Below, one piece after another: positions 38,546 through 48,453 of a DNA stretch of 64,000 nt. The translations under genes were made by a program, and so were the position numbers. The DNA lies in NCBI RefSeq assembly GCF_048549895.1, contig NZ_JBLYYB010000011.1, positions 7,617-71,616 on the forward strand, given 5' to 3'. Source of the stretch: Hydrogenophaga sp. (GTDB lineage: Bacteria; Pseudomonadota; Gammaproteobacteria; Burkholderiales; Burkholderiaceae_C). The notes below the pieces were generated by a model. It did no database searches. It was given only the letters and a program-made list of their open reading frames with translations, and was not told the DNA's origin. Within the stretch, counting starts at the first letter, position 1; each line of letters starts with the position of its first letter.

Positions 38546-41545
38546 TTGCACGCAGATCCCTCACTGGTGGGCGCCGCCCGGCAGGCATGGGTCGGCCAGC
38601 GCATGGAGCGGCTGGAAGACGATGCCCTGCTGAACGGTCGCGGCGCCTTTGCCGATGACTTGGGTACGCGCCCGGGCACGCTGCATGCGGCGGTTCTTCG
38701 CTCGCCCCACCCGCACGCCCGACTGCTCGGTATTCATACGCAGGCGGCCATGGCTCTGCCCGGCGTCCGTGCCGTGCTCACCGGCGCCGATGTGCAGGCC
38801 TGGGCTCAGCCCTTCGTGGTCGGTGTCAAGCAGCCCATGCAGCACTGGGCGCTGGCCGTAGACCGCGTCCGTCACGTGGGAGAACCGGTTGCCGTGGTGG
38901 TGGCCGAAGACCGCTACATCGCTGAGGATGCGCTAGATCTCTTGCGCGCCGACTACGAGCCTCTCCCGGTGGTGATGGACATTGAGCATGCGCTGGATGG
39001 CGATGCCTTGCCTCTGCATGAAGCGGTGGGCAGCAATGTGGTGTCGGATCGTCAGTTCTGCTATGGCGATCCCGACACGGCTTTTGCGCAAGCTGGCGTC
39101 CGCACGGTACGAACCACCGTGCAATACCCGCGCAACAGCTGCTCGCCCATGGAGTGCGGCGTGGTGATCGCCGAGCACCTGCCGGGTGACGAAGGCTACG
39201 ACGTACTCTCCAATTTCATGGGACCGTTCTCGCTGCACGCCGTGATGGCCCTGGCGCTCAGGGTACCGGGCAACAAGTTGCGCCACCGCGTGCCGCGGGA
39301 CTCGGGGGGCAGCTTCGGCGTCAAGCAGGCGGTGTTCCCTTACGTGGTGTTGATGTGCCTGGCCTCGCGCAAGGCAGGTGCTCCCGTGAAATGGGTTGAG
39401 GACCGCCTTGAGCATTTGAGTGCAGCCACTTCGGCCACCGCACGGCTCACCACCATCGAAGCCGCCGTCACGCTTGATGGCCGCGTCACGGCCTTGCGCT
39501 ACGACCAGGCCGATGAAGTGGGCGCCTACCTGAGAGCGCCAGAGCCCGCCACCTTCTACCGCATGCACGGTGCGCTGACCGGCGCTTACGCGATTGAACA
39601 CTTGGCGGTGCGCAACCGGGTGGTGGTCACCAACAAGACGCCCACCGGTTTGGTGCGTGGTTTTGGCGGTCCGCAGGTGTATTTCGCGCTGGAGCGGTTG
39701 ATGGACCGCATTGCCGTAGAACTGAACATCGACCCCGTCCAGCTGCGTCTGCGGAACTACGTACCGGCTGACGCGTTTCCGTACACCGCAGCGGCCGGCG
39801 CGGTGCTTGATTCTGGCGACTATGTGCGCCTGACCCGGATGGCCATGAGCGAAGCGCAGACCCGCCAACTGGGCGAGCGTCAGTGTGCGGCGCGCGCGGC
39901 GGGCCGGCTCTACGGCATTGGTGTGGCCGCCATCGTCGAACCTTCGGTGTCGAACATGGGCTATATCAGCACCGTGCTCACGGCCGAGCAGCGCGCCAAG
40001 GCCGGACCAAAAAACGGCGCCATCGCCAGCGCCACCGTGGCCATCGACCTGCTGGGCGGCATCAATGTGACCATTGCGTCAGCGCCGGCAGGGCAGGGAC
40101 ACATGACGGTATGCGCACAAGTGGTGGCCGACGTTTTGGGTCTGCTGCCCACGCAGGTGGTGGTGAATGTGGAGTTCGACACCGCCAAAGATGCGTGGAG
40201 CGTGGCCGCCGGCAACTACAGCAGCCGCTTCGCAGGCGCTGTGGCCGGTGCGGTGCACCTCGCCGCGCAACGCCTGCGCGACAAACTCGCCCGTATCGCG
40301 GCCGCAGGTTGGGCGTGCGCAGCCAGCGACATCGGCTTCGAGGACGGTCGGGTGTTCAATCGCCGACAGCCTGCCCAGTACCAACCCTTCACGCGCCTGG
40401 CCGCCAGTCCGCACTGGGCGCCCGCGTTGTTGCCCGAGGGCGAAACGCCTGGCCTGCGCGAAACCGCCTTCTGGACGCCCGACACCTTGAGCGCGCCCGA
40501 TTTGCAGGACCGCGTCAACACCTCGGCTGCCTATGGTTTCGTGTTCGACATCTGCGGTCTGGAGATTGATCCCGACACGGGAGCTGTTCGTATCGATCGC
40601 TACATCACTGCCCACGACGCCGGCCGCCTGCTCAACCCCGCATTGGCCGATGGCCAGATCCGTGGTGCCTTCGCTCAGGGACTGGGTGCGGCCTTGCTTG
40701 AGGAGTTCCGATACGGGGCCGATGGCAGCTTCCAGAGTGGCACGCTGGCCGACTACCTGATGCCCACCGCCTGCGAGACGCCTGATCCCGTCATCGTGCA
40801 TCTGCAGACACCCAGCCCCTTCACGCCGCTGGGTGCCAAGGGCCTTGGCGAGGGCAACAACATGAGCACGCCCGTCTGCATTGCCAACGCCTTCGCAGAC
40901 GCGCTGCGCCCACTGCGCGACGTGACCGATGTGCGTCTGCCTCTCACGCCCGGGCGTGTGCTCGAACACCTGCGCACACCCGACCCGGCGCCTCGCCATC
41001 AGGTGGTTCCGGCGAATGCGCCAACCCCGAGTGGAAACGGCCTGACGCTCGCCGCGCAAGGCACGGTGGAGATCGCTGCGCCGCCGGAGCGCGTTTTCGA
41101 GGTGCTGCTCGACCCCGCTGCGCTGGCCCGTGTCATTCCAGGCTGTCACGCGTTGCAAGCCGACGGTGTCAACCGCTACCGGGCAGACGTCACGGTGGGC
41201 ATTGGACTGATCAAGGCGCGTTACGAAGCGCGCATCACGCTCTCAGACATCGAGGCGCCACATCGCCTGCGGCTGATGGGGCGTGGCAGCTCCAACCTGG
41301 GCACCGGCGCGGGCGACGGCGTGGTGAGGCTTGAAGCCACGGCCAACGGTACCCGACTGCACTACGACTACCGGGCCCAGGTGGGCGGCAAGGTGGCCAT
41401 GGTGGGCAGCCGCATGCTGGAGAGCGCGGCACGCGTGATCGTTGCTCAACTCTTCGAATCGCTGGGCCGGCAGGCCGCGGGCGACGCTGCCATGCCTGCA
41501 CCATGGTGGCGCCGTCTGTTGCAGCGCCTGGGGTTCAAGCCATGA
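38546..41545 (+). CDS. Molybdopterin-dependent hydroxylase large subunit (xanthine dehydrogenase/CoxL family; HmfA-like by context) fused to a C-terminal CoxG/SRPBCC domain
   Basis: TTG start lies 5 nt after AGGAGA. N-terminus VGQRMERLEDDALLNGRGAFADD; DSGGSFGVKQ motif. The last roughly 165 aa (VEIAAPPERVFEVLLDPAALARVIPGC...KVAMVGSRMLE) look like CoxG. Confidence 0.85.
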   Translation: MHADPSLVGAARQAWVGQRMERLEDDALLNGRGAFADDLGTRPGTLHAAVLRSPHPHARLLGIHTQAAMALPGVRAVLTGADVQAWAQPFVVGVKQPMQHWALAVDRVRHVGEPVAVVVAEDRYIAEDALDLLRADYEPLPVVMDIEHALDGDALPLHEAVGSNVVSDRQFCYGDPDTAFAQAGVRTVRTTVQYPRNSCSPMECGVVIAEHLPGDEGYDVLSNFMGPFSLHAVMALALRVPGNKLRHRVPRDSGGSFGVKQAVFPYVVLMCLASRKAGAPVKWVEDRLEHLSAATSATARLTTIEAAVTLDGRVTALRYDQADEVGAYLRAPEPATFYRMHGALTGAYAIEHLAVRNRVVVTNKTPTGLVRGFGGPQVYFALERLMDRIAVELNIDPVQLRLRNYVPADAFPYTAAAGAVLDSGDYVRLTRMAMSEAQTRQLGERQCAARAAGRLYGIGVAAIVEPSVSNMGYISTVLTAEQRAKAGPKNGAIASATVAIDLLGGINVTIASAPAGQGHMTVCAQVVADVLGLLPTQVVVNVEFDTAKDAWSVAAGNYSSRFAGAVAGAVHLAAQRLRDKLARIAAAGWACAASDIGFEDGRVFNRRQPAQYQPFTRLAASPHWAPALLPEGETPGLRETAFWTPDTLSAPDLQDRVNTSAAYGFVFDICGLEIDPDTGAVRIDRYITAHDAGRLLNPALADGQIRGAFAQGLGAALLEEFRYGADGSFQSGTLADYLMPTACETPDPVIVHLQTPSPFTPLGAKGLGEGNNMSTPVCIANAFADALRPLRDVTDVRLPLTPGRVLEHLRTPDPAPRHQVVPANAPTPSGNGLTLAAQGTVEIAAPPERVFEVLLDPAALARVIPGCHALQADGVNRYRADVTVGIGLIKARYEARITLSDIEAPHRLRLMGRGSSNLGTGAGDGVVRLEATANGTRLHYDYRAQVGGKVAMVGSRMLESAARVIVAQLFESLGRQAAGDAAMPAPWWRRLLQRLGFKP

Positions 41546-42357
41546 AGCCAGCCGCATTCGACTACGTGCGCGCCGACAGCGCCGAGGTCGCCGCTGCGCT
41601 GCTGCAGCGGTATGGCGAGGGCGCACGCATCCTGGCGGGCGGACAGTCGCTGATGGCCGTGCTGAACATGCGGCTTGCCCAACCCGAACTGCTGATCGAC
41701 ATTTCGCGCAGCGTCGAGCTGGCTGCGATCTCGGTGGAGGGCCACGCCTTGCGTGTGGGTGCCGCCGTCACGCAGGCGCAGCTCCAAGCCCATCCCGAAG
41801 TGCCACCTCTGCTGGCACTGGCGTTTCCGCACATCTCGCATTTCCAGATCCGCAACCGTGGCACCGTGTGCGGCTCGATCGCGCATGCCGATCCATCGGC
41901 CGAGTTGCCACTCTGCCTCGTGGCTCTGCAGGGCACGGTGCACCTGCGCAGCACCCGCGGTGTTCGCCAATTGGCCGCTGCGGACTTCTTCACCGGTCTG
42001 CTGAGCACTGCGCGCCGCGCCGACGAGCTCGTGGAGGCGGTGAGCTTCCCGCGTCCTGCTACCGGCCAGTCCTTCGGATTTGCCGAGCATGTGCGACGCC
42101 ATGGCGACTTCGCACTGTGCGCGGTAGCCGTTGTGGCTGATGCCAAGGGCATGCGTCTGGCTGTGGGCGGATTGAGTGATTGCCCGCAAGCCTTTGAACT
42201 GCCGGTGTTGGCGGACGCTGCGCTCGACGATGCCCTGAACGAGATCGCGTGGTCGTTGCAGGTGCGTGACGACCCCCACACCAGCGCTGCAACACGCCGC
42301 CATCTGCTGCGCCGTCTGGCGCGCCAGGCCATCCAGTCAGCAAGGAGACAACCATGA
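41542..42357 (+). CDS. Molybdenum hydroxylase FAD-binding (medium) subunit, CoxM/HmfB-like
   Basis: The start makes an ATGA overlap with the upstream stop. MKPAAFDYVRADSAEVAAALL...ILAGGQSLMAVLNMRLAQP is a typical FAD_binding_5 N-terminus. Confidence 0.88.
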   Translation: MKPAAFDYVRADSAEVAAALLQRYGEGARILAGGQSLMAVLNMRLAQPELLIDISRSVELAAISVEGHALRVGAAVTQAQLQAHPEVPPLLALAFPHISHFQIRNRGTVCGSIAHADPSAELPLCLVALQGTVHLRSTRGVRQLAAADFFTGLLSTARRADELVEAVSFPRPATGQSFGFAEHVRRHGDFALCAVAVVADAKGMRLAVGGLSDCPQAFELPVLADAALDDALNEIAWSLQVRDDPHTSAATRRHLLRRLARQAIQSARRQP

Positions 42358-42857
42358 GTGAATCGGTTCTCGAACGAGGTACGTTGCACAGCGTGCGCCT
42401 GACCCTCAACGGACGGGCGCGCACCGGTCAGGCTCGACCCCGCCTGCTGCTCAGCGACTTCTTGCGCCACGAACTCGGCGCCACCGGCACCCACGTGGGA
42501 TGCGAACACGGTGTCTGCGGAGCGTGCACCGTGCGTGTGGACGATGTGGCCTGCCGAGCGTGCCTCATGCTGGCCGTGCAGGTTGAAGGCCGTCGCGTCG
42601 ACACAGTTGAAGATCCTGAAGGTACCGATGCCATCCTGTGTGCGCTCAAGGCGGCGTTCAAACGCCACCATGCGCTGCAGTGCGGTTTCTGCACCGCGGG
42701 CATTCTGATGTCCAGCGCGGATTGGCTGCATCGCCAGCGCGCTGCCGGACACGTGCCGCAAGAAGCCGAGATCCGCGACATGCTCAGCGGCCACCTGTGT
42801 CGTTGTACCGGCTACACGCCCATCGTGAATGCTGTCATGGAGGTGGCCCGTGCTTGA
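42354..42857 (+). CDS. (2Fe-2S)-binding small subunit, CoxS/HmfC-like
   Basis: Cys motifs GCEHGVCGACTV and CGFCTAG...CRCTGY. Confidence 0.9.
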   Translation: MSESVLERGTLHSVRLTLNGRARTGQARPRLLLSDFLRHELGATGTHVGCEHGVCGACTVRVDDVACRACLMLAVQVEGRRVDTVEDPEGTDAILCALKAAFKRHHALQCGFCTAGILMSSADWLHRQRAAGHVPQEAEIRDMLSGHLCRCTGYTPIVNAVMEVARA

Positions 42858-44397
42858 CCTCGGACGCACCTTTCTGCAAAGCGTGGACCGCGCCACCGAC
42901 GCCATTGCCCTGGTCGATGGCCATGTGCGTCTGAGCTGGTCCGAATGGGCGCGCACCATCGGGGGCGTACAGCGCGGGTTGGCAGCGCTGGGCCTGCGGC
43001 ATGGGGACCGTGTGCTCGGCGTGCTGCAGAACCGGCACGAAGCAGCCACGCTGCACTGGGCCTGCCAGTTCGCGGGCCTGGTGATGACGCCTTTGAACTG
43101 GCGTGCCAAACCTGAAGAGATCGACCACGCACTGCGGGATTCGGATGCCCGCTTGCTGGTTTACGAGGGCGCTTCACAGGAAGCCGTCATGCAATCTGCG
43201 CTGGCCCGATCGGTGGCCCGCTTGTCGGTGGGTATCGCAGGCTGCAGTGACCCAGGATTCGACCAGGTATTCATCGACCCCGCCGACCCGACGCCACAGG
43301 CACGAGCAGAAGACATATCGCTCATGCTCTACACCTCGGGCACCACCGGCGCGCCCAAGGGCGTACCGCGGCGCCAACGCGCCGAGCGGGTGGCTGCGCT
43401 GGCTCACGTGGCACAAAACCGTTACGGCTATGGAGAACGCACGTTGGGTGTGATGCCGCTGTACCACACCATGGGCGTGCGCTCTCTGCTCACCATGGCG
43501 CTGGTGGATGGTCGTTTCGTGTGCATGCCGCGTTTCGAAGCCGCAGCCGCACTGCGCGCCATCGAGACCGAGCGTGTCAGCCACCTCTATCTGGTGCCCA
43601 CGCTGTACCACGACCTGCTCGCCCACCCTGCGTTCAAGCGAACCGACACGCAGTCGGTCCGCAAGCTTGGATTTGCTGGTGCCCCCATGCACGACGCCTT
43701 GCTGTTGCGCCTGCAACAGGCGTTCCAGCCCGAGCTGTTTGTCAATCACTACGGCAGCAGCGAGATCTACACCTTCTCGATCAACCAGAACGCGGTGGGC
43801 AAGCCCGGGTCTGCTGGTCGTGCCGGTATCAACACACGCTTGCGCGTGATCAAGCTAGATGCCAGGAGTCCCGAGGACACGGCCGCTGCTCTTGAGGAGG
43901 GCCAGATCGTGGCCGATCTGCTCAGTGACGAGGCTTTCGAGGGTTACCACAACCGCCCCGAAGCAAACGCGCGCAGCCTGCGCGACGGCTGGTACTTCAC
44001 CGGTGACACCGGGTACATCGACAACGAAGGTGATCTCTTCGTCACCGGTCGCGTGGACGACATGATCATCAGCGGGGGCGAGAACATCTCGCCAGTGGAC
44101 ATCGAGTCGGTGTTGTCGCTTCACCCTTGCGTGGACGAGGTGGCCGTGGCCGGACTCAAGGACGAGCGCTGGGGCCAGCGTGTGGTCGCGTTTGTGAAGT
44201 CGCGCAGCGCTGTGGCCGCTGAATCGCTTGACGCGCATTGCCGCAATTCCAATCTCGTGAACTTCAAAAGGCCGCGCGAGTACGTGTTCGTGCGCGAGAT
44301 TCCCAAATCGCCGGTAGGCAAGGTGCTGCGCCGCAAGCTGGTGGCCGGCGAGTTCGAAGCCATGCCCCCGCCATTGCCTGCCGTGCCTCCGGCCTGA
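42850..44397 (+). CDS. AMP-dependent synthetase/ligase (aryl/heteroaryl-CoA ligase; HmfD-like by context)
   Basis: LYTSGTTGAPKGVPRRQ; TGDTGYIDNEGDLFVTGRVDDMIISGGENI. GTG 42850 lies 6 nt after GGAGG. The track ORF starts at 42829. Confidence 0.88.
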   Translation: MLDLGRTFLQSVDRATDAIALVDGHVRLSWSEWARTIGGVQRGLAALGLRHGDRVLGVLQNRHEAATLHWACQFAGLVMTPLNWRAKPEEIDHALRDSDARLLVYEGASQEAVMQSALARSVARLSVGIAGCSDPGFDQVFIDPADPTPQARAEDISLMLYTSGTTGAPKGVPRRQRAERVAALAHVAQNRYGYGERTLGVMPLYHTMGVRSLLTMALVDGRFVCMPRFEAAAALRAIETERVSHLYLVPTLYHDLLAHPAFKRTDTQSVRKLGFAGAPMHDALLLRLQQAFQPELFVNHYGSSEIYTFSINQNAVGKPGSAGRAGINTRLRVIKLDARSPEDTAAALEEGQIVADLLSDEAFEGYHNRPEANARSLRDGWYFTGDTGYIDNEGDLFVTGRVDDMIISGGENISPVDIESVLSLHPCVDEVAVAGLKDERWGQRVVAFVKSRSAVAAESLDAHCRNSNLVNFKRPREYVFVREIPKSPVGKVLRRKLVAGEFEAMPPPLPAVPPA

Positions 44398-44452
44398 CCG
44401 ATCCACGGCCCCGTTCACCTGTTCCACCCTTTCTCTCACCGCAAAGGACCTC

Positions 44453-45265
44453 ATGCAACTCAACGATCTGAACCACCCAGCGCTCACATTGAGCGCCGCT
44501 TTCGATGGCTACCGCGTCGAGATAGACCCCAAGCGGGAGCGTGCCGACATCGTGCTGTGTCGCCCGCCCTACAACGTGATATCGATGACGCAGCGCGAAC
44601 AACTGCGAATCACCTTTGAAGCACTGGATGCCAATGAAGACGTGCGCGTGATCGTTGTGCGCGGCGAAGGCGAGCACTTCTCCAGCGGCGGCAACATCAA
44701 GGGCTTCCTCGAAGCATCTCCGGAGCATGTGAGCAAGCTGGCCTGGAACGTGGCGGCCCCCGCGCGTTGCAGCAAGCCAGTGGTCACGGCTGCCCGTGGG
44801 TACTGCTTCGGCGTTGGATTCGAGCTTTCTCTGGCGTGTGACTTCCGCCTGGTGACACCCACCACGCTGTACGCACTCCCTGAGCAGAAGCTGGGCCAGA
44901 TCCCCGGATCGGGTGGCTCTGCCCGCCTGCAGAAGATGGTCGGTATCACGCGCACCAAGGACATCGTGATGCGCAGCCGGCGGATCCCCGGGCCGCAGGC
45001 CTATGACTGGGGCGTGGCCACGGAATGCGTGCTCGACATCGAGCTCGAAGCCGCCACCGACGCGCTGGTGGAAGAGCTTCGCGGCTTCTCGCCACTGGCT
45101 CAGCGAACCGCCAAGAAGCTGCTCAACGATACCGAGGATTCGCCGCTGTCGATTGCCATCGAGCTCGAAGGGCACTGCTACTCACGCCTGCGCAGCTCGA
45201 ACGACTTCCGTGAAGGTGTGGAAGCCTTTCACGACAAACGACGTCCGCAATTCAACGGCACCTGA
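44453..45265 (+). CDS. Enoyl-CoA hydratase/isomerase (crotonase) family protein (HmfE-like by context)
   Basis: Crotonase motifs VVRGEGEHFSSGGNIKGF and GYCFGVGFELSLACDFRL. Confidence 0.88.
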   Translation: MQLNDLNHPALTLSAAFDGYRVEIDPKRERADIVLCRPPYNVISMTQREQLRITFEALDANEDVRVIVVRGEGEHFSSGGNIKGFLEASPEHVSKLAWNVAAPARCSKPVVTAARGYCFGVGFELSLACDFRLVTPTTLYALPEQKLGQIPGSGGSARLQKMVGITRTKDIVMRSRRIPGPQAYDWGVATECVLDIELEAATDALVEELRGFSPLAQRTAKKLLNDTEDSPLSIAIELEGHCYSRLRSSNDFREGVEAFHDKRRPQFNGT

Positions 45266-45307
45266 TTTCACCGACCCATCCGCAACCACCCCAAAGAGGA
45301 GACAAAC

Positions 45308-46483
45308 ATGCATACCCGAATCCGTACCGCCAACATGACACTTGCGCTGGCCTGCTTGACCGGCCACGCGCTTGCGCAGACACAACCCATCCGTATCGGC
45401 GTGGTGACCCCCTTGTCGGGCACTTACGCCGGCATTGGACAGCAGGTGAAATGGGGGCTGGACTTGGCTGCGCGCCAGATCAACGCAGCAGGCGGCGTGG
45501 CTGGCCGCCCGCTTGAGCTCATATACGAGGACGAGGAGGCCAACCCTTCCGTGGCGGTCCAGAAGGCGGAGAAGCTCTTCCAGGTGAACAAGGTCGACTT
45601 TCTGACGGGCACTGTGAACAGCGGTTCGACGTTGGCGGTGGGCCAGCTCGCCGAGCGCAACAACCGTCTGATCGCCACCACCGTGTCTTTCGCGGATTCG
45701 ATCACCGGCGACAAGTGCTCGCCCAACGTGTTCCGCGTCAACGCCCGCGCTGGCATGCAATCGGCAGCGCTGGCCGACTGGCTTGCCAGCACGCGACCCA
45801 ACGCCAATGTGTTCTACCTGGGCCCTGACTACGAGATGGGCCGCAGCACCGTGGCGGCTTTCAAGTCGGCAGCCGAGGCAAAGGGCGCGAAGTCGGTGGG
45901 TGAGGTGTTCGCGCCGCTGGACAACAAGGACTACTCGCCCTTCTTTGGTCAGATGCGCTCGGCCCGCCCGGCAGTCATCTACACCTCGGTTGCAGGCAAC
46001 GATACGGTGCGGTTGTTCTCGCAGATGGTGGAGTTCGGTATCAGCCGAAACGTGCAGGTGGTGGGCGCCTCCGGTACCGTCACCTCTCAGAACCTGCCTG
46101 CCATTGGAAAGGCAGCCGACGGTTTTGTGACCGGTGTAGGCTATGCCACCAGCATCGACTCGGACGACAACCGGAAGTTTGTGGTCGACTTCGAAGCCGC
46201 CAACAAAGGGGCTCCCGACCTGTACGGCGCCGACAGCTACGGCGTGCTGTTCTTCTACAAAGCCGCAGTCGAGAAGGCAGGCAGCACCGACACCGACAAG
46301 GTGCGAGCGGCCATGCGCGGACTGCAGTGGAGCACGCCTCAGGGCACCAAAACCATGCGCGCTGGCGATCACCAGGCCATGCAGGACATGTACGCCATGC
46401 GCGTGACGGGTGGGAAGTTCGAACTGGTGGGCAAGGTCAAGGCAGATGCCGCGATCGGCCCCGATGTCTGCAGCCGCTTCTGA
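45308..46483 (+). CDS. ABC transporter substrate-binding protein (LivK-like)
   Basis: Signal peptide MTLALACLTGHALAQ. IRIGVVTPLSGTYAGIGQQ is typical of Peripla_BP_6. Confidence 0.88.
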   Translation: MHTRIRTANMTLALACLTGHALAQTQPIRIGVVTPLSGTYAGIGQQVKWGLDLAARQINAAGGVAGRPLELIYEDEEANPSVAVQKAEKLFQVNKVDFLTGTVNSGSTLAVGQLAERNNRLIATTVSFADSITGDKCSPNVFRVNARAGMQSAALADWLASTRPNANVFYLGPDYEMGRSTVAAFKSAAEAKGAKSVGEVFAPLDNKDYSPFFGQMRSARPAVIYTSVAGNDTVRLFSQMVEFGISRNVQVVGASGTVTSQNLPAIGKAADGFVTGVGYATSIDSDDNRKFVVDFEAANKGAPDLYGADSYGVLFFYKAAVEKAGSTDTDKVRAAMRGLQWSTPQGTKTMRAGDHQAMQDMYAMRVTGGKFELVGKVKADAAIGPDVCSRF

Positions 46484-46505
46484 GCCAACCCGGGAAAGCT
46501 ACACC

Positions 46506-47399
46506 ATGAGCACCGCCCTCGACTGGCTTCAATTCGTACTGGCACCGCAGATGATCAATGGTTTGTCGATCGGTGTGGCCGTGGTGTTGATGGCCCTGGG
46601 ACTGACCATCATTTTCGGTTTGCTGGACGTCATCAACATGGCACATGGCGAGTTCTATGCCATCGGCGCCTACCTTGCCGTGGCCCTGCTCGGTCTGGGG
46701 CTGTCGTTCTGGTGGGCGCTCGTCCTGACGCCGCTGTTGATGGCGGTGCTGGGGTACGCCACCGAGCGAGGCCTCATACAGCGGGTTTTCCACAGCAAGG
46801 ACCGACACACGCTGACACTGCTGCTCACCTTCGGCATGGCGGTGGTGCTCGAAGACGCGCTCAAGATCGCCTTCGGTGCCAACCCGCTGCGGCTGGAGGC
46901 GCCCATCGACGGCGCGACCGAGATGGTGGGCCTGTATTTCCCCAACTACCGGCTGTTCGTGATGCTGTTCGGTGGCGCACTCATCGCCGCAGTCTGGCTG
47001 CTTGTCTTTCGCACATCGGTGGGCGCCATCGTTCGAGCCGCAGCCCACGACCGGCACATGAGTGCTTCACTCGGAGTTCCGGTACAGCGTGTGTATGCCG
47101 CCACCTTTGCGTTTGGCGTTGCCATGGCGGGCATCGCGGGTGTTCTCCTCGCACCGATCTACTCGGTGTTCCCCACCATGGGACGCGATTTCGTGCTCAT
47201 CGCCTTCAGCGTCGTGATCATCGGCGGGATGGGCTCCATCAAGGGCGCGGTGCTGGCCGGTCTCCTGCTGACGCAAGTGCAATCCATCTCCAGCCTGTAC
47301 ATCTCCCCCGTCTGGAGCGATCCGTTGCTGTTCGGGATCATGGTCCTGGTGTTGATGTGGCGGCCACAAGGTTTGTTCGGAAAACTCGGGAGCGCCTGA
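46506..47399 (+). CDS. Branched-chain amino acid-type ABC permease (LivH family)
   Basis: INGLSIGVAVVLMALGLTIIFGLLDVINMAHGEFYAIGAY. The track ORF extends upstream to 46410. Confidence 0.88.
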   Translation: MSTALDWLQFVLAPQMINGLSIGVAVVLMALGLTIIFGLLDVINMAHGEFYAIGAYLAVALLGLGLSFWWALVLTPLLMAVLGYATERGLIQRVFHSKDRHTLTLLLTFGMAVVLEDALKIAFGANPLRLEAPIDGATEMVGLYFPNYRLFVMLFGGALIAAVWLLVFRTSVGAIVRAAAHDRHMSASLGVPVQRVYAATFAFGVAMAGIAGVLLAPIYSVFPTMGRDFVLIAFSVVIIGGMGSIKGAVLAGLLLTQVQSISSLYISPVWSDPLLFGIMVLVLMWRPQGLFGKLGSA

Positions 47400-47400
47400 C

Positions 47401-48453
47401 ATGAGCACACCCGCTTCCACCTCCACACTGGCTTCGCGCCGCAACGCGCTGGCCGCACCTGCGTCTGTGGCACCACGCCGGTCGGCCGCTTCCTGGCTCG
47501 CCATCCTGTTCTTTGCGGGAGCACTGTCGTTCGGCGGCCTTGCGCTGGCGATGGGTGATGTGTTTTACCTGCGCCTGGCAACCGAGGCCCTGATTTTCGG
47601 TGGCCTGGCGCTGTCGGTTGACTTGCTGCTCGGCCGGGTCGGGCTGCTGCCGCTGGGACAGGCGCTGTTCTTTGGTCTGGGCGCTTACGTCTCTGCGCTC
47701 GTGCTCAAACACTGGAGCGACTCCTTCTGGCTGGCGATGGCCAGCGCCCTGGTGTTCAGCGTCCTGGCGGGGTTGGTCGGCGGTCTGATCGCCATCCGCG
47801 CCAAAGGGGTGTACTTCGCGCTCATCAGCTTCGGACTGGCCCAGGTGCTGTCCAAGGTGATCTACAACACCCGCGAGCTCGGGGCCTCCGACGGGATCAT
47901 TGGAGTGCCCGCCGCTGCGGTGGCGCCAGGCTTGAACTCAAGCACACCCGAAGGCTTCTTTCTGGTGGTGCTTGGCTTCATTGGCGCCATCTACATGGCA
48001 CTGCGATATCTGATGGACACGCCCGCAGGCCGCCAGCTTGACGCTATCCGCACGAACGAACACCGGGTCAGTTTCCTTGGAGCAGACCCGTGGCGTTACA
48101 AGCTCGGCGCCTTCGTCGCTGCGGCCTGTATTGCCGGCTGCAGCGGCGCTCTGTACCCCATGCTGCGCGGCTTCGTTTCACCCGAGTTGATGTTTTTTCA
48201 GGTCTCGGGCAATGCGGTCATCAATGTCATTGTCGGTGGCACCGGCACACTGATCGGCCCACTCTACGGCTCCGCCATCCTCACTGGCTTGCGCTCCGTG
48301 GTGGGTTCTTACACAGCCCATCACCACATCGTCATCGGCCTTTTGTTCGTGGTTGTTGTGATCGTGATGCCACGCGGCCTCATTGGCTACGCCACACCCG
48401 CGCTGCAGCGCTGGCTGGATACGCGCCGCTCGCGCAGGGAGGCTCGCCCATGA
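47401..48453 (+). CDS. Branched-chain amino acid-type ABC permease (LivM family)
   Basis: A polytopic 350-aa protein with the motif LLPLGQALFFGLGAYVSA. Confidence 0.88.
   Translation: MSTPASTSTLASRRNALAAPASVAPRRSAASWLAILFFAGALSFGGLALAMGDVFYLRLATEALIFGGLALSVDLLLGRVGLLPLGQALFFGLGAYVSALVLKHWSDSFWLAMASALVFSVLAGLVGGLIAIRAKGVYFALISFGLAQVLSKVIYNTRELGASDGIIGVPAAAVAPGLNSSTPEGFFLVVLGFIGAIYMALRYLMDTPAGRQLDAIRTNEHRVSFLGADPWRYKLGAFVAAACIAGCSGALYPMLRGFVSPELMFFQVSGNAVINVIVGGTGTLIGPLYGSAILTGLRSVVGSYTAHHHIVIGLLFVVVVIVMPRGLIGYATPALQRWLDTRRSRREARP

Noticed and set aside
38933-43109. Long minus-strand ORFs opposite the Mo-hydroxylase cluster (38933-39868, 40079-41158, 41446-42303, 41562-43109)
   Set aside because: They show the same shadow-frame signature. 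The plus-strand products carry the CoxL/M/S motifs.
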